DNA of 64,000 bases from Ophelia neglecta (taxonomy: Eukaryota). Position 1 is the stretch's first letter; each line of letters starts with the position of its first letter. The DNA lies in contig OZ260662.1 of assembly GCA_965285935.1 (NCBI GenBank), forward strand, positions 93,868,001 through 93,932,000, given 5' to 3'. This document shows positions 26,501 to 40,304 of the stretch, one piece after another. The notes beneath the pieces were generated by a model. It did not search any database, was not told where the DNA came from, and saw only the letters and a program-made list of their open reading frames with translations. A program made the position numbers and the translations under genes.

Positions 26501-27440
26501 TCCCTGGGGTAAATATGCCCTAGCCTTCTCATCCTGCCTTATTATCACATCATCATTGTGATATATTGTTCCGCTATTCGCACTTAAAATATAGATATAT
26601 GAAAAATTGTAGTTGTTAAAATTGTTAATATGATATTGCAAATAAATTAAATTGAATTGGATTATTTCTTTAGCAAACGGGTTATGTTTCCAGATACGGA
26701 TCATTCAATTTGTGCCTTCTCCACCCCCGCCCCCCACATCCCCTCTAACTAACTGCATCATACTAATCCCTCCCGTGACATCAGCCTCATGATCGTCTGT
26801 ATTTTACTGATTATCGATTCTTCAGCGCGAATGTCCGATTCAAATTAGTTCATTGCAGGAAGTGGAAAATAATATCTTGTTACGATAAGGAAATACTATA
26901 TTCGTAGAAATATCTCCGTTTCGTTGATATTTTATACAGCCTTTTATTATTATAATTATTTCTATTGCACCGCATTATGTGTTGAATAACGAATTATGCG
27001 AAGTAGGTACTAAGGAACAACATTCTTCTCTGGAGCTGATTATGCTAGGTGTATATATATTTAACTATTGTGAACAGGTTTCGGAAAATTTCTTTTTATG
27101 GTTCTCGTTAGTCGATGCCATGCAAATGATACAATGTGGTCAACACAGAGTGTTCTAAGTAGATATTTTATAGCTTTTATAAGATAACAATATTATGTGA
27201 AAAATATATTTTTCGAATATATCGCCATGTTGCTTGAAGGAACCTAAGGCCCCAAAATTCCAAGAATCCCTTTGTTTTCAATTATTTCAAATGGTGTATA
27301 TATATACATGTACATGTATATATTCAGAATCAACCAAGTGGTTCAGTCCGTTTGTATCTTTGCGATGTAACTGAATTTATGAGTGTGTTCGCTTTACAGT
27401 CGCGCATAAAGACGCTGGTACCAATATAATTTCTGTTATA

Positions 27441-27618
27441 CAGTGAAACCTGTGAATGAAGACCACCAAAGGGATTGGAAAAGACTGGTTTGATTTTGGA
27501 GGCGGTGTGTTTAGACAGGTTATTTAACATTGAAAGCAAACAGCGTGGTTCTCATATTAGTTGTCTGAATTAGCAGGTGGTCTGATTATAGTGGTGGATT
27601 TTAAGGCAGGTTTCACTG
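27441..27618. mobile_element. Tc1/mariner-pogo-like MITE (178 bp)
   Basis: Perfect 12-bp TIRs cagtgaaacctg / caggtttcactg, with TA on both sides (27439-27440 and 27619-27620). Confidence 0.85.
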
Positions 27619-30600
27619 TAGAGTGTTCACACCTGCCCTTGGTTTTTGTATCCAATTAGGGACATATTATGCGAATTCATAACCTCCAAAATGAATTCAG
27701 ATGGCAAATGTCGATTTGCCTTAGCATACCGACACAATCTGGTTCCAAATATTCAGGTGCTAGGTTTTCTAGACCGCCGGATTAAAATACTTTGGTTTCA
27801 AGAACTGGGGGACTCTCGGGTTCGGGTAAGTAAATGTAATCCGGGGGGTCCTCTCACTCAGGGTACTCACAAATTCTGTACATCGGAGTGGACTTCCTGC
27901 TTGCAGTGTCCGAAATTACCTGGAAATTCACAGGAAAATTAGAATTCCACCGTCGGTTGAAAATAAAAAGCGACCCTGTTGCAATACGTTTATAGCGGTA
28001 TATACAGTTTTTAACTTTGGGTGCGGAAGGTTTTTTTGCCTAGCCTGGCGCATATTAATATATTTTTCTAAAGTCTTTCCTGATAGTTCATTCCTATAGC
28101 TTGGGTCCTAAAGACGGGTCATCACGCCCCTTCCCTTTAAACGACAAAAAATTGTGACTGAAGTTTATTTAATAATATAGCATGAAATATTAATAACCTT
28201 GCTCTTCCTTTTATTGAACAACCCCACGTGATTTGTCTAGTTTGTGTTTAGAACCCCCGGTTTCGAAGTGTATCTTTGAAGTTTTTAGTTCCTCAACCTA
28301 ATGATAGCCGGCACTAGAAATTGAACGAATCAGAGACATGGCTAGGGAAATGACACTAAGCGGTTAAAAGAAATGCATATTGACATAGTAGCTATTGTGC
28401 ATACTCCCTCAAATGCAATTGTGTACATGAGGGGTATTTTTAAGGTCCCTATGAACATGCAACACTTCTATGAGTTATTTATGTCCTGTTTAATTCGAGT
28501 CCGGTTAGTTTGGGGTCTAAGAAAATTTAAAAGTTTGCATTTTATAATTTTATAAAGTCCCTTAGTGCACCTAAATCCATAATGTGTTACCAACATGTTT
28601 TAAAGATTTGTATAATCAGAATATTCATATTCATGATCATCTGAAGAGACAATCATCTCAACTTCATGCTTCATACAATAAAACTAATAGTATGCACAGC
28701 AACGATGAGGGTCGGTGATGTCAGCAACTTGAACTTCATATGTAGAAATACATGTTGCCTGCAAAATAATGAAATGCAGATGATCCAATATGGCCGAAAT
28801 CATGAATTTGTGTTAGCTGTCTGGGATCCTGTGGTTATGATTATCCGTGTCGGTCTCTGTTTTCAAAGCCTGTCAATCTATATTGTCGGTTTGACGCATC
28901 CGGTGGTACATACACGTAATGCTGACAAATTATATCATGTACCATGTATTCGTGTCAATAAACCCTTTTGAACGGAAAATTGATATGCCTTGGTACAAAA
29001 GGCAGTGGCAACATAGCAGGCAAGGCAAAATCATTAAATTTAATTAGTCCATGAAATTGGTCAGACATTATAAGGGAATACAGAAAAAGTGTCATAACTG
29101 ATCATGAGTGGTTGGCACGCGAAGAGCAGGGCATATAAGAGCTTATAAGAGTATTTGATTATTGAGCAAAAAGTGTTCCAGATTGTGCACAGTGTTTAAA
29201 CATTCGGATGGTTCCTTTCCGAAAGATACAATGATGAGGTCCTGTCGGACGCTTCTTGGCGGATATCAACTAAGTTTTACTTGCTTTGATTTGCAATAAA
29301 TCAATTCATTAAATAAATCAATAATTTGCGTACGCAACAAGAGTCTTCTTCTGTAGTTAAAAGTCAAATCTATCTTGACACCACCCTTCATTATATCATC
29401 AATAATGCAAAAAGGATGAAAAATAACGAATCGCAGGTTGTCCATTGATTCATCTTATTGATCACTTAACCAGTAGCTATATAGGGTTCCTAGGTCCCAA
29501 GACCCGGATAATGAGAGAAAGTGACGATTTACACATCATGTGATTAAGTAGAATGCCAGAACCATTGCTAGGCAGCAACTACTTTATGTTAGTCCCCAAT
29601 ATATGCGGAACTGAAAGCCATTATTTGAAATAATATATAACTAAAGATGCCTGTTTAGGAGCTTATTATTCATTTTAGTAAATTCAACTTCTCATCATAT
29701 TTCCTAGAGTGCAATCGGGCCTTTATGCATATATCGCTTTTGATATTTTCGATTAAAGTCTAGCTACCAATAAACCACGTTTGAATCTCTTGCCTCAACT
29801 CTGCCATTTTTGTGTCGCGTTATTGCTCTTAATGTAGTAATCTGGGAAATATCAAAAAGAAACGATGCATCATTAAGCTCCTTAATAATGAAGGTAGAAT
29901 TTCCCATATCTTGGTATACTGCCTTTGCGGATTGTAGTCAGGAAATTGATAGTTGCCTACTGAAGCAATTTTTATGGAAAGTGTCCACTATTAGGCTCGT
30001 GTTCAATCACTGAAGTCAAATTGTCTGACATTCGCATACTATAAGGGACTAATATGGAATGTGTTGTTCCAGCACATGGGCACAGGGAAACTGGGTTATC
30101 TTACCCTGTCAGCTTTGGGTTTATTGTGCAATTTCTATAAACGAACAAGGCTACTTATCAAATTCAGGAACGTAGGTTCAAACTGAAATCGATAAACAAG
30201 TAGGGAACCCGTGATTCTTGTGTCCTTGTTGTATAAATGAACACTGACAAAATAAAAACGAAAGAAGCGTGATTTTGTGTATATTGTTATTGGCTCTGAA
30301 TGTTCCAAGAATTGTTGTCTGTTCTACGTTTTTAGTATTTCATTATTTATGTTATGGAACGAATTTTCTCCTTTTCGGCAATATCTAAACACACTGGCAT
30401 ATCTAGCATACCTTATGTTATAGAATACACAGGTTTTTTATTATATTTTTGTAGGAACAAAATTTCAATGTTTGTGGCTCTCATATTGTTGCAACTCTTC
30501 AAGGGAATTACTTCATACTAAATAATTAAATTGATTATTTCGCTTATTTGTGTATGCACATCTTAACTGTAGAAGACAAAATGATGTCATTTCTTAACTG

Positions 30601-30778
30601 TTTGTTTTGTTTTCAATTACTGCTTACAGTATAGCTACGATGGGAAAGGACAGATGAAAGGTAATCGAGTTTTATGAGTAACTGTGTTTCTGATATCGAT
30701 ATTAATGAAATGATATTTCAGTAACTTTAAAGACTTATATATAATGTAAGAAAAGGGTGGAATTTATTTTGAATCCAC

Positions 30779-30804
30779 CTAGTGATTTTAACTAGTGATT
30801 TTAA
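30779..30804. repeat. 13-bp tandem duplication
   Basis: ctagtgattttaa x2. Confidence 0.9.
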
Positions 30805-32790
30805 TCGATAAATGAGGAAAATAGTTTATCATTATATAATTTGAAACTGGATTAAATACCTTGGCGTCAACGATTAATGAAAATCACAACAGTGGAAACT
30901 GCGCATGCTATAATGTCGTAACAAATGCCTTTGCTTTGTTCTTGAGACAATTATTTAATGCCGTTTGGGAGAAATCCTAATCCAAGTAAAATACGGATTT
31001 ATATTGGGCAATCATCCGAAATCATGTTATGTATCGTTCATTACCAATATTGTGAGCCGAACTTCAGAATTGCAGTTTGCACGTCATCATCCTTCCAAAG
31101 CAGAGGCCATCCATCACATCTAGGCCATAAAAACACGCGAACCAATTGCGCCATCCGAGTTAATTCATTAGGCATTTTCATGTGGGTAATGGCCTGCAAG
31201 TTTACGGCTCTAGCTAGGCATCCATGTGTGTCGAAATGTGCTACATAACACTGACAAGGACCACAGTACATTGTTACATAACCTTAGTCAGATTAGTTGC
31301 CAATCAGAACTCTAATCGACTAACACTGAATGTTATTAAAAGTTTGTCACTTCGTGTGTGGCGGGTGAATTTATTAATAACTGGATATTTGCAGGACAAT
31401 TTTGCCAAGATCGATTCTGAAGATCCCAATGTATTGGCTTTACATGTGCTATTTCGATATATCTGAACTCAATGTTTTGCTTTGCAAACAGTTTTTCAGC
31501 CATCACTTCCGTAGTCATTCGTATTAACTATTGGTCCTTTTCGCTGATCGTTACACTGTTGTGAAGCTAGCAAACGATTGACATGCAACTAAGCATTATA
31601 ATGAGATAGGACAAAGAAGATTAAATTAAGTAAATTAATTTAGCGAATATTCATTATGCGCTGTTCGATGCCAATTTAATGAGTTTTAATGTGATCAGGT
31701 ATTAAGGCAAAGGGCTATACAGCCATCAAACCCATACGGTGTGTTGATAAGCAGCGACTAACAGCCAATCAGCACTGATTCAATAGGTTTTCACATATTA
31801 ACTTAATCTCTGAAACAAAGGCAGTTTGTCAAAACCAGGTGAAATAGGAATACCTGACTTATGAATTAGAAGGTGAAATGTTCCCCCTACTTAAGCAATT
31901 GAAGAATACTTTCAACTACACTGCACGGTTTTATAAAGAAAATTAATTTGGGTGTATTATGACTAACTATTTCCAATTATTGCACTACATGCTCGCCTGT
32001 TTATTTAAAGATTGACTGGATTCAAGAAGTGCTCACTGTCCATTTCCGTTCATCATAGTTGTAGGGCTAACCTTGCAGATGTACTGATTCAATCACAATT
32101 GAACTACGACTTGTCCATTTTACATCAGGTATAGTTGCCCTCAGGCCTATTGCAGCCAACTAAACACATATTACTAGTCGTGAGTTTGTGGAAACAATTG
32201 TTATAGTCTTCTCTACCTGTTGTATGGAGCTGTGGCTGCTGGTTCCCGATTAAGGGAATATTCTCGACTAATGATTTGGCCATGTATGCCGGGTATCCAC
32301 TCGCATTCTAATGCTACAGTTGTAGTCTTCTCGTATGCATATGAGTCCATCCGAAAATCATCTCTGCCATTTTGTTAACATGATATCATAACATAATATC
32401 ACAAGGATGACATTGTCTCAATAAACACAAGACCAAGCAGTATAGCACGCAAGACAACGAATATAATCCGCCATTTAGGCCATTTTATAAGATATGAATA
32501 CTTGGGCAAATTTTTCTTTTACAAATCGGTTTAATCAGGAATAATGCATAAGCTTTATTTTGGCCCACTTTGTATTGATGGAAATATTTATTTGTCTGGG
32601 AAGGAACGACTTGCTATTCACAGCTAATTTAATCAGGCTGTCGGTTGAGTGTTTACATTGTTTGCTTTGTGAGATGCATACTCTACAATAACACTAAATG
32701 TCCACACACAAAGCATTTTCCCGCTTTCCAGCAAGTATGATTTATTATTGCGTTGCCCTGACAAAAGTTCTTGCGTCAAATGAAAGAAAA

Positions 32791-32818
32791 ACATACATAC
32801 ATACATACATACATACAT
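32791..32818. repeat. (ACAT)7 microsatellite, possibly the tail of a minus-strand retroposon
   Basis: The repeat is read directly. It abuts a GC-richer segment; the tail interpretation is inference. Confidence 0.85.
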
Positions 32819-34869
32819 TGTCCCGGCGACGCCCCTCTGAGAGCAGCCAATACCCAGCTTATTAAGGCAGTAACCGAGTTTTCTATGACGCACATAGATG
32901 AAGTCGCCGAACTCAGTTATCACGAGAACATTCGATATGCCTACCACCAGTAGTAATAACAGCATGCCTTCCAATAGAATAATACATTGAGGAACAGGAT
33001 ATGTAGCATCATTATTAAGCTCCGTGACAGCTTCTAGCCATGCTGCGCACTTTCGGTGACGCATATTCAATAAATAGATTAGAAGTAAAGGTGGAAAAGA
33101 GCTGCTACATTTTCTTCTCACGTAGCGAGTTACATGGAATCCATACAGGCCCCGTGACAATTTTAAGCTGCTGTGAAGACTTTCTCCGAATTACAATCCT
33201 AGTACAGATAAAACAATTGGGGAATATTTGACCGAAATTCTTCCCAAGTTCGGGCTGACCCGGACTAACCCTAGTTGCTTTCTCTTGCATCAAAAGATAT
33301 TCAATATCCATTAAAACACAACGCCAAAGAACAGAACTCGATCGAAAAGTGACCGTCAATAATTGTTAGTGCTGCTGAACGTTGTTGGTTTCAGGTCTAC
33401 CTCATGGGATTCCAAATTATACCTGATTTGATTTTGTCTAGAACAATCACTCTTTTTATATCACATCTTCTTCCATCTACCGGTCGAACCAAGCAAAATG
33501 GAGCCTAACTTGACCATAGCTAATGTGAAAGAGATATTATAAGATCATACAGTATCAATCTCTACGCGCCTGTCGTTTAAAAAGCAGGCCCCCTGTTTAT
33601 AAGCCGATTTGAGTCTATCAGACAAAATCAGTTTCACTCAACCATCCTCTCTTCCTGTCGGCCTTCTCAACATTAAAGTTTCGCGCACTCGCCATATTAA
33701 TATTCATAGTTCAGTCATTCATCCGAAGTAAAGAATGCACAGGCGTGTGTCGTTTGACTTGATCTGTTAGTTCGAATATTAAGTCCTCTTTTGCATTTCG
33801 AGGATAATTGTGAATATGTCGGTAATATGGATAAAATAGAGTTTTATTGCATATAATCATTTGATCGATTGAAAGCAAATCCAAATTACCGAGTTTTACT
33901 TATATATTGTTCGGCATGTGTTTCTTGGAAGGTATATGATATGCAAGTCATTTATATAGCCGCTATTTGGTTTATTATAACACTTCAATTGCCTTCTTAG
34001 ATGTTTCTTTGTGATAGTAATTATTCCTTGCAATATTAACTATCTAATACTAACAGATGTAATATTCTATATCATACATTGGCCGTATATTTCAGTCGCA
34101 AAATACTGTGAACCCCTTGTGGCAGTGCCTGAACACAACCACTGTACATTCTCTGATTTATCGTTGATGCTCTCGTCATATTTCGGTCTAGCGAGCCAGC
34201 CTTGCTTCGTTGTTTAGGCAGGGCAAGATATCATGCCCCGCGCAAGAAGAAACGTAGGTATACAGTACATATATTGGTTACATTGTTTTGTGCCGCTAAT
34301 GTATTGTGTACATAAATGTTATAAGGAACCCTTACATAAGGAAATGCTTCCTGACGGAGTATTATCAGTGCTCAAATTCGAAACATTGGCTGAGTCAGAC
34401 TAGGGCCATGTGGAATTCCAGATAAATACCATGCATGGTACACATAGTACATAATACTTCTTGGCTTGTGCTGAGTATGCCGACTGGTGCCAAAGGCGGC
34501 ATCGTCCTATCTTAAGAAACCAGTCCCATATTAATAAAACAATTATCCCCAAAGCAATAATCGTGACTTTACGCGGATGCATGATGGCATTTTGGTGTTG
34601 AGATTGTCGAAAAATTCGAAGGAAAAATATCCCTAATTTACAAAATTAAATCATAAAATCTTTTGGAATGTTTTGTAACAAATTTTAGTATTTTAGACTA
34701 TTGTTCCCCATCTTTTAATGTCCAAATTACCATGACCACTTTATTTGGCACGGTTATACCATGCCTGACGGTGGCATTTTATGTCACGTTATATTGCTAT
34801 TTGTTATTTCAGGTGATATCATGAGACATTAAGTGTTGTTATAAGACTTTTAGCAGATACAATTAACAT

Positions 34870-35545
34870 ATTTAGGAGAATTTTTACCTATGGCAAAGAA
34901 AGTTGGTTGCCATCAATTTGTTCGTAATCCCTTGTTGGTTATAAAATTTAGATGTATTATCTCCCCGTTTTATTTGACCCTGGTGCTAATCCGTATTAAT
35001 AAGGGGCCATAGTTTGTTATATACATGTAATAGTAAAAGAAATATGCTTTTATGACGCTTTTTGTTATACTACTCAATCTATGTTAGGAAAAGAACCATG
35101 TTGCGGAAAGCCAGATATAAATAATGAAATGGCCGATCTTGCATATACTGGCGGTTTTTTAAGAGCAAATTCGACTGCAACATTGATAATGGCTTCTTGC
35201 ACCCCGCTTGCGTAGTTTTATTCAGAGTGAAAATCATACCGATTACTTGACTGGATTTAACTTGTTAATAGTAAATCGCCTGATGTTATGACCGGGCATT
35301 TCACAAATATTGCGTTTGTTATCATTGCAAAATGCACTATACTGAACTTTTTTGACATTCAGGAAAAGCTTGATAACATTGAGCCATGCAAATAGTATAG
35401 CTAGTTCCAAATTCATAACGTTGATCAAAGCATCCAAGCTTCTACCATTATCAGAAAAAAAAGTTGTCTTCGGCAAATAGTAACGGGAATAGCACAGAGG
35501 ATACATTCAGCTTATTATCGATATAAGGAAAATAACAACGGACCA
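34870..35545 (-). mobile_element. CR1-type LINE RT C-terminal fragment
   Basis: The minus strand reads GPLLFSLY..NVSSVLFPLLFAEDN (cf. LFADDT), then LDALINVMNLELAILFAWLNVIKLFLNVKK (cf. W...NKLSLN..KT). The 3' boundary is approximate. Confidence 0.85.
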
Positions 35546-37129
35546 TCTTTTGTTGGTAGTGTGGTTATCGAGTCGTATCCAGCTTTACTCTCACATTTAT
35601 TATCGAGCTGTGTTCTCTAGAGAACTTCCTAGGACATGTATCTTCAAGGTCCTTCGTTGGCCACTTACTCGTTCCCTTTGTGCTCTGCAGCTCATCCACA
35701 TTGCAGAAATCTATTGATATTTTCTCATTGTAAGTGATATTAAGTTGAATTCGGTTTCCAATTTCTTTAAGACTTATTTACAGTTTGAACCGGAGTTACT
35801 CTTTGTGGGTCTGCAGCTGACTGTTCTATTCCATGGACCATTCCTGATCAATGATCTTGCTTTCTCTCATTTGTATCCAAGCCCAGTAATTGCTGGTTTA
35901 TTGTCGGGTTTACCATTGTCTTTTCAAGAATCTTGAAACTCAGCCATTACTTCTATTTGACATATTTGACTTTTCTATGATCACCATCGTCAGAAATGTA
36001 ATACACATAATTGTATTCAAAATTTTCATTTTCCGAGTCTGAGGTTTTATATATTTAAATTTGGTATTAAACAAAAAGAGAACATAGAGCTAATCCCCTA
36101 TAGAGGAAAGCGTTGCTTTTAGTTATCTAGATAACCAGCAGACTTAGCACAATCTGGATAGTCCAAAATCAGTATGAAACAAGGTTTACATGGTTGTGAT
36201 ACAAAAAAATAATACCATAAAAGTCTATTTAATATCGATAATGCCGAGATTGATTTTATAATAGGATTCTATATAGTTTGGAAATTTAAGACCGAATGTA
36301 CATCCATTGATTGGTCAATTGTAAATGTATATTCCATTCAGGGATATTAGCAAAGGATCAGTTTGAACCTTTGCAGTCATTAATTTCCCAGTCGCCCTTC
36401 AGTTAGCAGGCACTGTGTTGTCTGAATATGGATCATGCCGTTTAAGTTGCGATCCGTTCACTTCATGGTCTCATTCTTCATGAGGTATTTTAATTACGAT
36501 AAAACATATTATGCGATACTTCAATGTCATTTGCGCAGGTGGCATTGAAACATATATGCCGAACTCTTAACTATCACCACTTTGCAAGCCCAATGAAATA
36601 TGCCCGGCCGGTATACGCACCAGCAATTTAACGGTGTTATAGAACACCATGGGAACAGTTGTTCTTACTGTACTTGGTAGCTAGATATTGGCGTGCTAAG
36701 ATTGACCTCCATTTTGTAAAATCAATCGAACTCCTTCGTTCCTTCGAGGACTATGTACAAGGCTGGTTGGTCAAAATTACTGAGCCAAGTTAAGATAAAA
36801 TCAATGCACGGACCTCGGTCCGGATGTGTATTGGTGAGCTTGAGGGGAACACTGGTCTTAGCAATATATCGTTTATTTATTATATTAACCAGCATACAGT
36901 ACTTGATTTGAGTTCAACCAAATAAACCTTCACAGTGATTAATAATACTTTTTTTATGAATCTTCCAGCTGAATGCATAATTGCAAGTAACATCGATCCC
37001 AAGCTCCCAAACAGTCAAAACACTGTTTATGAAAATTACGTGGCATTCTTAGGGGCTTTCCCCTAGTTTAAAAACGACAGTGGATACCCATCAGACAAAT
37101 AGAAATCATAACTAAAGAATGGTCCCTTA

Positions 37130-37310
37130 AATGGGCCCGAAATCATCAAGAACCAGCAGCTTAATGGCTACAAACATTAATCTCCAACTGGATATAAAAT
37201 TTTGGTGAAAAAAGTAATAACAAATCTAATTTGATATCACTTGCTATAAGAAGTAAGCAACAGTTATCCATAATGTGGCCCAAAATCCGGTACAAGCGAG
37301 TTAGTGGTAA
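37130..37310 (-). repeat. Copy of the same unnamed dispersed repeat as 23686-23830
   Basis: The reverse complement contains cattatggataactgttgcttacttcttatagcaagtgatatcaa and gctgctggttcttgatgatttcgggcc. Confidence 0.65.
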
Positions 37311-40079
37311 TCGTAGGACAAATATGAAACATGCCCTTGAGACTAAGCTGTTTCTTAAAGGTGGCACTTATGAAGGAAATGGTATTTAACCTGATCTCTG
37401 AGTCTTTTTTGCCTCTCCAGAACACTTTCCCTTGCTTCCATGTAATCAGTACCTTTTCGTAACATGGCCGACTGTGAATTCCCATAATTAGATTGCTGCC
37501 TTAAAACAAACATGATCAATGTGGCAGATTACCTGATTAATGTAGTATCCCCATGGTTTGCTATTATCTGCAAACGCACCTTTACGTCGAGTTATTGGTC
37601 GATGTAGATCTTCCATTCAGAGCCATGTTTTAAGGTAGTCCTTTTGTTGATCGCCTTTATTCGAAGCCTTACCCAGCCCTTGTGAATTGAACAAATCATT
37701 ATGGAATATCTTGACATAAATAGGTTGTCCAAAATTTTCAGTAATGAACAGTTTTCTTTTATTCTATATCTTCACGTGTTCCGCTCAAACTATGACAAAT
37801 GATATGATTAAGGATGATGTAGGGTAAAGCATGAAAAACCTCGTGAACGATAAAAACACTACCATTAACTGCTTCTGCGCCAATTTTAACGCTGCTTTCT
37901 ATACTTGTATTAACTGGTCTTGGTACATTTTTTATTCATTCAGCGGAATCAAGGCAGGATTGTTTGTAAGCACCCGGCGTGAGACACTCGACACATCTTT
38001 CATTATTAGAGCCAAGTGTTTTTAACACCATTACAGCCACGTATGCGAGATTGATCGTAACGAGTAAATTAAAAAAAATTAACATTAATACATGTGGAAA
38101 GACATATGGATGTTGCAGTTGTACAATTGTTCGATTCTGCTTGGCTCTACCCCTACTGTAGATTCGATTTACATTTAGTCATATGCCAATGAGAAGAAAT
38201 GAAACTGGGCTAATTTCCAACATAGCATCACGAGAATAGGTCATTTCTTTTCCGGTATAGTGGGCTTCCCGGTCCATATTTAAATTCTTTATCCTAGATT
38301 GTGACTTGCAAATAAATCAAGACGTCTTTACTATGCATGCGAAGTAAGGCTGAAAAACGCATGAAAAGGCTGATGCAAGAATGAATGTTTTATAATACAT
38401 TAAAGATACGATATGCTAAAGCCCAAAAAAATGTATTATAATAAATAGCTGCTCACTTAGGTGAAATTGGCATTATATCATCTTTCTTATGGTAGCAAAG
38501 CTAGTTGTCTTAATTTAGAGCAAGTAGTATATCGTTGACCGGGTGTATTTTCCTTTGAACTTAAAGCCGAATTTGGCGCCCTGGCTCTTAATGCTAGTTG
38601 TTCTAAATGTTATAATTCTCCCTTTGTATAATATCCCAATAACACACACGTAGATAATAAAAGATTTGATTCGCGAACACTGGCAAACTCGATTATTTTC
38701 TGTGAAAAATATTCAGTGAATAGATTATATGGCCATATTCCACTCACATCCGATGCAACCTGAGATGCTTCTGCCACGTCTGCTTCTGCAAGATATTATA
38801 CAGCCAAAGGAATACAACACCACGGAAGAACACATATTTGCATGATAAAGGCGGAAATGAATTTTTTTTTCTTCTGCTTACAACATCAACTGGCTTAATC
38901 GGCAGCAGCAGATCTCTTCAGAAGTTGGAACTAATATTTCAAAAGCGTTATATATTCTTGAGCTACGACGTTCTCATGAAATATACGAGCACACTGTTTA
39001 TGCGGCATTGCTATATTCTGTTTCGTCTCCATGTATCTTCCGTCTTGTTCTTGTATTTTGCGCTTCGATTACTGAATGCTTCATATATTCACCACCTCCC
39101 ACAAGAGACAACCTCGCGGAGTTCAATTTTGTATCAATAAGGTCTAGACTACTGTCTCTTCGAGTCCCAAGAAATTCATATTGAATCACAAATGATTATA
39201 TGTAATAATCAAATGGACTGTACTGTAGCAAGAAATATCGATTTGGAGACGACTCCTTTTGGAAAATGGTGGACCCTGATTACAAGTTTGTTCCGTCTAT
39301 CAAGCGTAAACATCGAACTTATTCTTAATCCCAATCCATTGTCTTTTCATTAGCAGAACCTAATCGCAGTTACTATTTTGAGACGTATGGTATAAAATCC
39401 TACCAGTCCAAGCATGATCAGGCAACAGAGAGATTGTTCTTCTGGAAAGAAACAGTAAATACATTTTTACTCTGGTCCAATATTTTGTAACAAGATAATA
39501 CCGTGAAAACATTACTGTGAAGTACAGATTAATTGACTACTAAGTATGTGGGCAAATTGTATACATGTACGAATAACACCAACTATCAATTAACACTAGA
39601 TAATATCAACACATCCGGTTTAAGGTCGAAGCTTCGAATGTCCCTTGGCTACAAAAAAAGGTTCAGCTTCCTCTTTATCCGTGCACCTTCGTTGTGTATT
39701 AATACATCCGGTGGTGCCTTCGGTTTGTACGAGCATGTGGTGGTTTGTAAAGGATTGCCCACATAACACAATTATTATATTGATGACTCATCGTATCACG
39801 AATGTACTGCTAAGGAAAAACAAGCATACATTATCATGAGAAGATCTTTCATATTATTATGTTCTTATTAGCCAAGACAAGATTAAGAATGCTTTCCTGT
39901 CAGACTTCACACTGAGTATGACAGATGCTCCTCGGCCGATACATTTAAACATACCAAAGGAGAAGTCAGCACGGCATGAAAAATCACATTATAGGAGAGG
40001 GGCAACAGAGGATCGACGATCTCAATGTTTCTTGATGTTTTAATAATGCGACCTGATTCAGTCCTCGCTGTCATGTCAG

Positions 40080-40157
40080 TTTTCCTGGATGCCCTTCCGG
40101 ACGGCTGCCTTGCCTATTTCCGACGTCCTAATCAATTGTGTGAAAGAACTAAAAGAG
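40080..40157. mobile_element. SINE fragment (ggatgcccttcc family)
   Basis: ggatgcccttcc...gacgtcctaatcaattgtgtgaaagaactaaa resembles the invertebrate SINE motif ccggatgcccttcctgacgcccaaccaacagtgtcaaagcactgaa, recalled from memory. Confidence 0.4.
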
Positions 40158-40223
40158 GCGTATATATCTTGCGCTTTACACAAGTGCTTTGAAAAAGCCA
40201 ACTACCCGAGGGGACCCGCTATG

Positions 40224-40304
40224 AAGATTTGGTCAGCTTTATAGTGTGTGTTTCGTCATCCGAGAATATTGAACCCTTCAGCAATTTTGAGCTGACCAAA
40301 TCTT
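40224..40304. repeat. Perfect 15-bp inverted repeat with 51-nt spacer
   Basis: aagatttggtcagct (40224-40238) and agctgaccaaatctt (40290-40304). Confidence 0.9.

Noticed and set aside
32633-33160. Longest ORF in the track (175 aa, minus strand)
   Set aside because: It runs through the (ACAT)n microsatellite (MYVCMYVCM) and has no recognisable domain, so it is likely a chance ORF.
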